A stretch of 64,000 bases of DNA, from assembly GCF_009914755.1 (NCBI RefSeq), contig NC_060926.1; one strand, 5' to 3'. The notes beneath the pieces were generated by a model, which was given only the letters and a program-made list of their open reading frames with translations, was not told the DNA's origin and searched no databases. This DNA comes from the human T2T-CHM13v2.0 reference genome, Homo sapiens. Positions 61,870-64,000 of this stretch are shown in pieces. The translations under genes were made by a program, and so were the position numbers. Position 1 is the stretch's first letter. Each line of letters starts with the position of its first letter.

Positions 61870-62200
61870 CAGTGATTTATTGAGTACCTACGATGTGCTA
61901 GGTACCATGCCAGGATTTGGGGATACAAAGGAATAACTCTTTCTATCTTCAAGGAAGCTCACAGTCTGTTAGAGAGGACAAACATGTAATATAAATAGTT
62001 AGAAAGGTGTTTGGGAGCTCAAATGAGGTCATAAGTAACTATATGGTGTGGGGTAGAAGTATTTATGAAGCAACTAGTCTGGTTTTATAGGTATTCTCCA
62101 GGTTGAGGGCTAGCCAAAAAAAAAAAAGCATTCTAGTCAGACAGAGCAATAAATGGAAAGGTAGAGAGTTATAAAATAGCACAGTGTGTTTATAAAGCTA
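61870..62200. mobile_element. L2 relic
   Basis: atttattgagtacctacgatgtgctaggtacc...ttcaaggaagctcacagtc. Confidence 0.65.
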
Positions 62201-62241
62201 GTTTCATTAATTAATCATTCATTTAATAAATGTGTCTGTAG

Positions 62242-62410
62242 GGCTGGGTGCAGTGGCTCATGCCTGTAATCGCAGTGCTTTGGGAGGCCAAGGTGGAGGA
62301 TCGCTTGAGCCTGGGAGTTTGAGGTTACAATGAACTATACTTGCACCATTGCATTCCAGTTTGGATGACAGAGTGGGACACTGTTTCAAAAACAATAAAT
62401 AAAAGAAGAA
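62242..62410 (+). mobile_element. Monomeric Alu (FRAM/FLAM-like or AluJ recombinant)
   Basis: ggctgggtgcagtggctcatgcctgtaat...ggatcgcttgagcc...aaaacaataaataaaa. Confidence 0.8.
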
Positions 62411-64000
62411 ATATTAGATGCTATGCAAGGTGTTAAGTGTTGAGCATCCAAAGGGTGAGTATGATGTTCATGACTTCTGCCTTCATAGAGCATACAGTCT
62501 ACTGTTTAGTGTGAATGGAGCATAAGGTGTCTAGATAAGGATAGTATTTATGGACAAGGTAGCAGGAATGGCCAATAGAAGGCAGATTGTAAGCTACCTT
62601 AATTGGTACCCTAAGGGGCTAGTTATTGTTATGAAAGCTACTGGCCTCCAAAGTTTTCTGACTATATATCCAGCCTATAAAAATTTCACATATTTACCCC
62701 AACATATGTATACATTTATTAATAAACTCTATAATGTATATTATTGTACTGATATATACACTGTAAAATACACCAAAAAATATAAATGAGATAATTTAAA
62801 TATAAATAGACAAGCTAGTATTCTCTTCCTGCATTCCATGCTCCATCTTGCATATCTTGGGTTCACGCACCTTACTTTGTAAACTAGCAGGAAATGGGAA
62901 GCATTCAAGCCTCTTTTGCAGCAAAAAGATTTGATCAGAATTCTGATTCATAAAGATTCTGAATATGACTTTTATTTTAGTTGTGCTGAATAATGTTTTT
63001 AAAAGCATAGGAGAAGCTGGGCTCATATGATTCCTTCCAGTTCCAGGGTTTTGTAGCTGGGGGTGCTCCTTAGAAGAGGTTAGCAATCTAACCTAGTGTT
63101 GTTGATTAGTTGTGTTATTAAGATACAATACACAAGACTAACGAAGTGACTTAAAATAGACTATCCAATATGGAGTTGGTATTCCCTGCAGTGAAACTGA
63201 CTTTGTTACTTGCAAGTCACCACTTTATAAATAAATGAGTCACAGCAAACAATCCAACTGGTTTCCTATATAGATATTTCAGTGGGCTACGTGTCAGTTT
63301 TCATACATAGGCCATGCTTTTTTATATTAGAAAAACACAAAACCAAAGAAGTTGATTTGTATAAGGCAGTGCTTCTTAAATGGAAGTAATAAATCTGACA
63401 GGAATATTTTTTTCCTAAATAAACTTTGGCAAATTACTTTTTGATTCATCCATATTATACCTGGAAGTGGAGAAATAAAGGTGGGGCACACTATCCAAAA
63501 AGCTGGACTAAGGGAGCAGAACTGGGCAGTTTTAGAGGTCCCAGAAATCAGTGGTACAGGATAGCAGAGACATAAGGCAGATGAGATGCCAGGTTGTTTA
63601 GAAGGCTAGTAACTGGGAAGACAGAATTAGGATGAGTTATTCCAAATCAGGAAGACACAATTACCAGAGTTAGGACCCAGATGTGCAAGAGTTTGGAGAA
63701 TGCATGTAAAGAACCAGTCCCGAGGAAAACCTCAATGACTGAAGAGGCGGCTTGCTTCAGCTCAGCAGGTCTCTGTGCAAACACTAAGGCGGTTACCAGT
63801 GTAACTTAGGTGCAGCTGAGAACCTGACTGGAATGGGACACAAAAAGGCTGAAAGAAAGATGGTTTGCAAGAAGTCAGTGTGCCCCAAATTCATCTTCCT
63901 AATGAAACATTTATATTACTTATTTCTGAACTTCCAACGGTTCTTTTATGGTTTTAAAAATATTCTCTCATAGAATAAAGGGAAGTGTTCTTCCTAAATT

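Overview
AT-rich, CpG-poor, repeat-dense primate (most likely human) non-coding DNA, consistent with the inside of a very long intron or an intergenic region. No host protein-coding exon, RNA gene, CRISPR array or prokaryotic feature is recognisable; the long ORFs are L1 ORF2 remnants or SVA/Alu by-products. The window holds about 25 Alu copies or fragments, a full-length SVA (SVA_E-like, 14660-17240), five primate L1PA insertions, two large old antisense L1M elements (~13.5-21.0 kb and ~49.6-61.8 kb) hosting nested insertions, several LTRs (MER76-like, MER34-like, MST, MLT1, MLT2A), DNA transposon relics (MER5, MER44, Charlie4) and L2/MIR/CR1 relics. Subfamily names come from recalled consensus sequences and need RepeatMasker/Dfam confirmation. 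The most unusual signals are insertion and repair scars: (i) an antisense AluSp fused head-to-head with an L1PA7 inside a single target-site duplication, with the Alu-L1 junction re-copied into the L1 1.3 kb downstream; (ii) a 92-bp inverted L1 patch apparently copied from a neighbouring L1; (iii) a 19-nt L1 ORF2 match beside a TA repeat; (iv) fold-back hairpin scars and a 112-bp higher-order repeat; (v) three L1s whose 5' ends fall within ~50 nt of the same L1 position. I see no evidence for a new gene system; the recurring theme is local templated copying around retrotransposon insertions.
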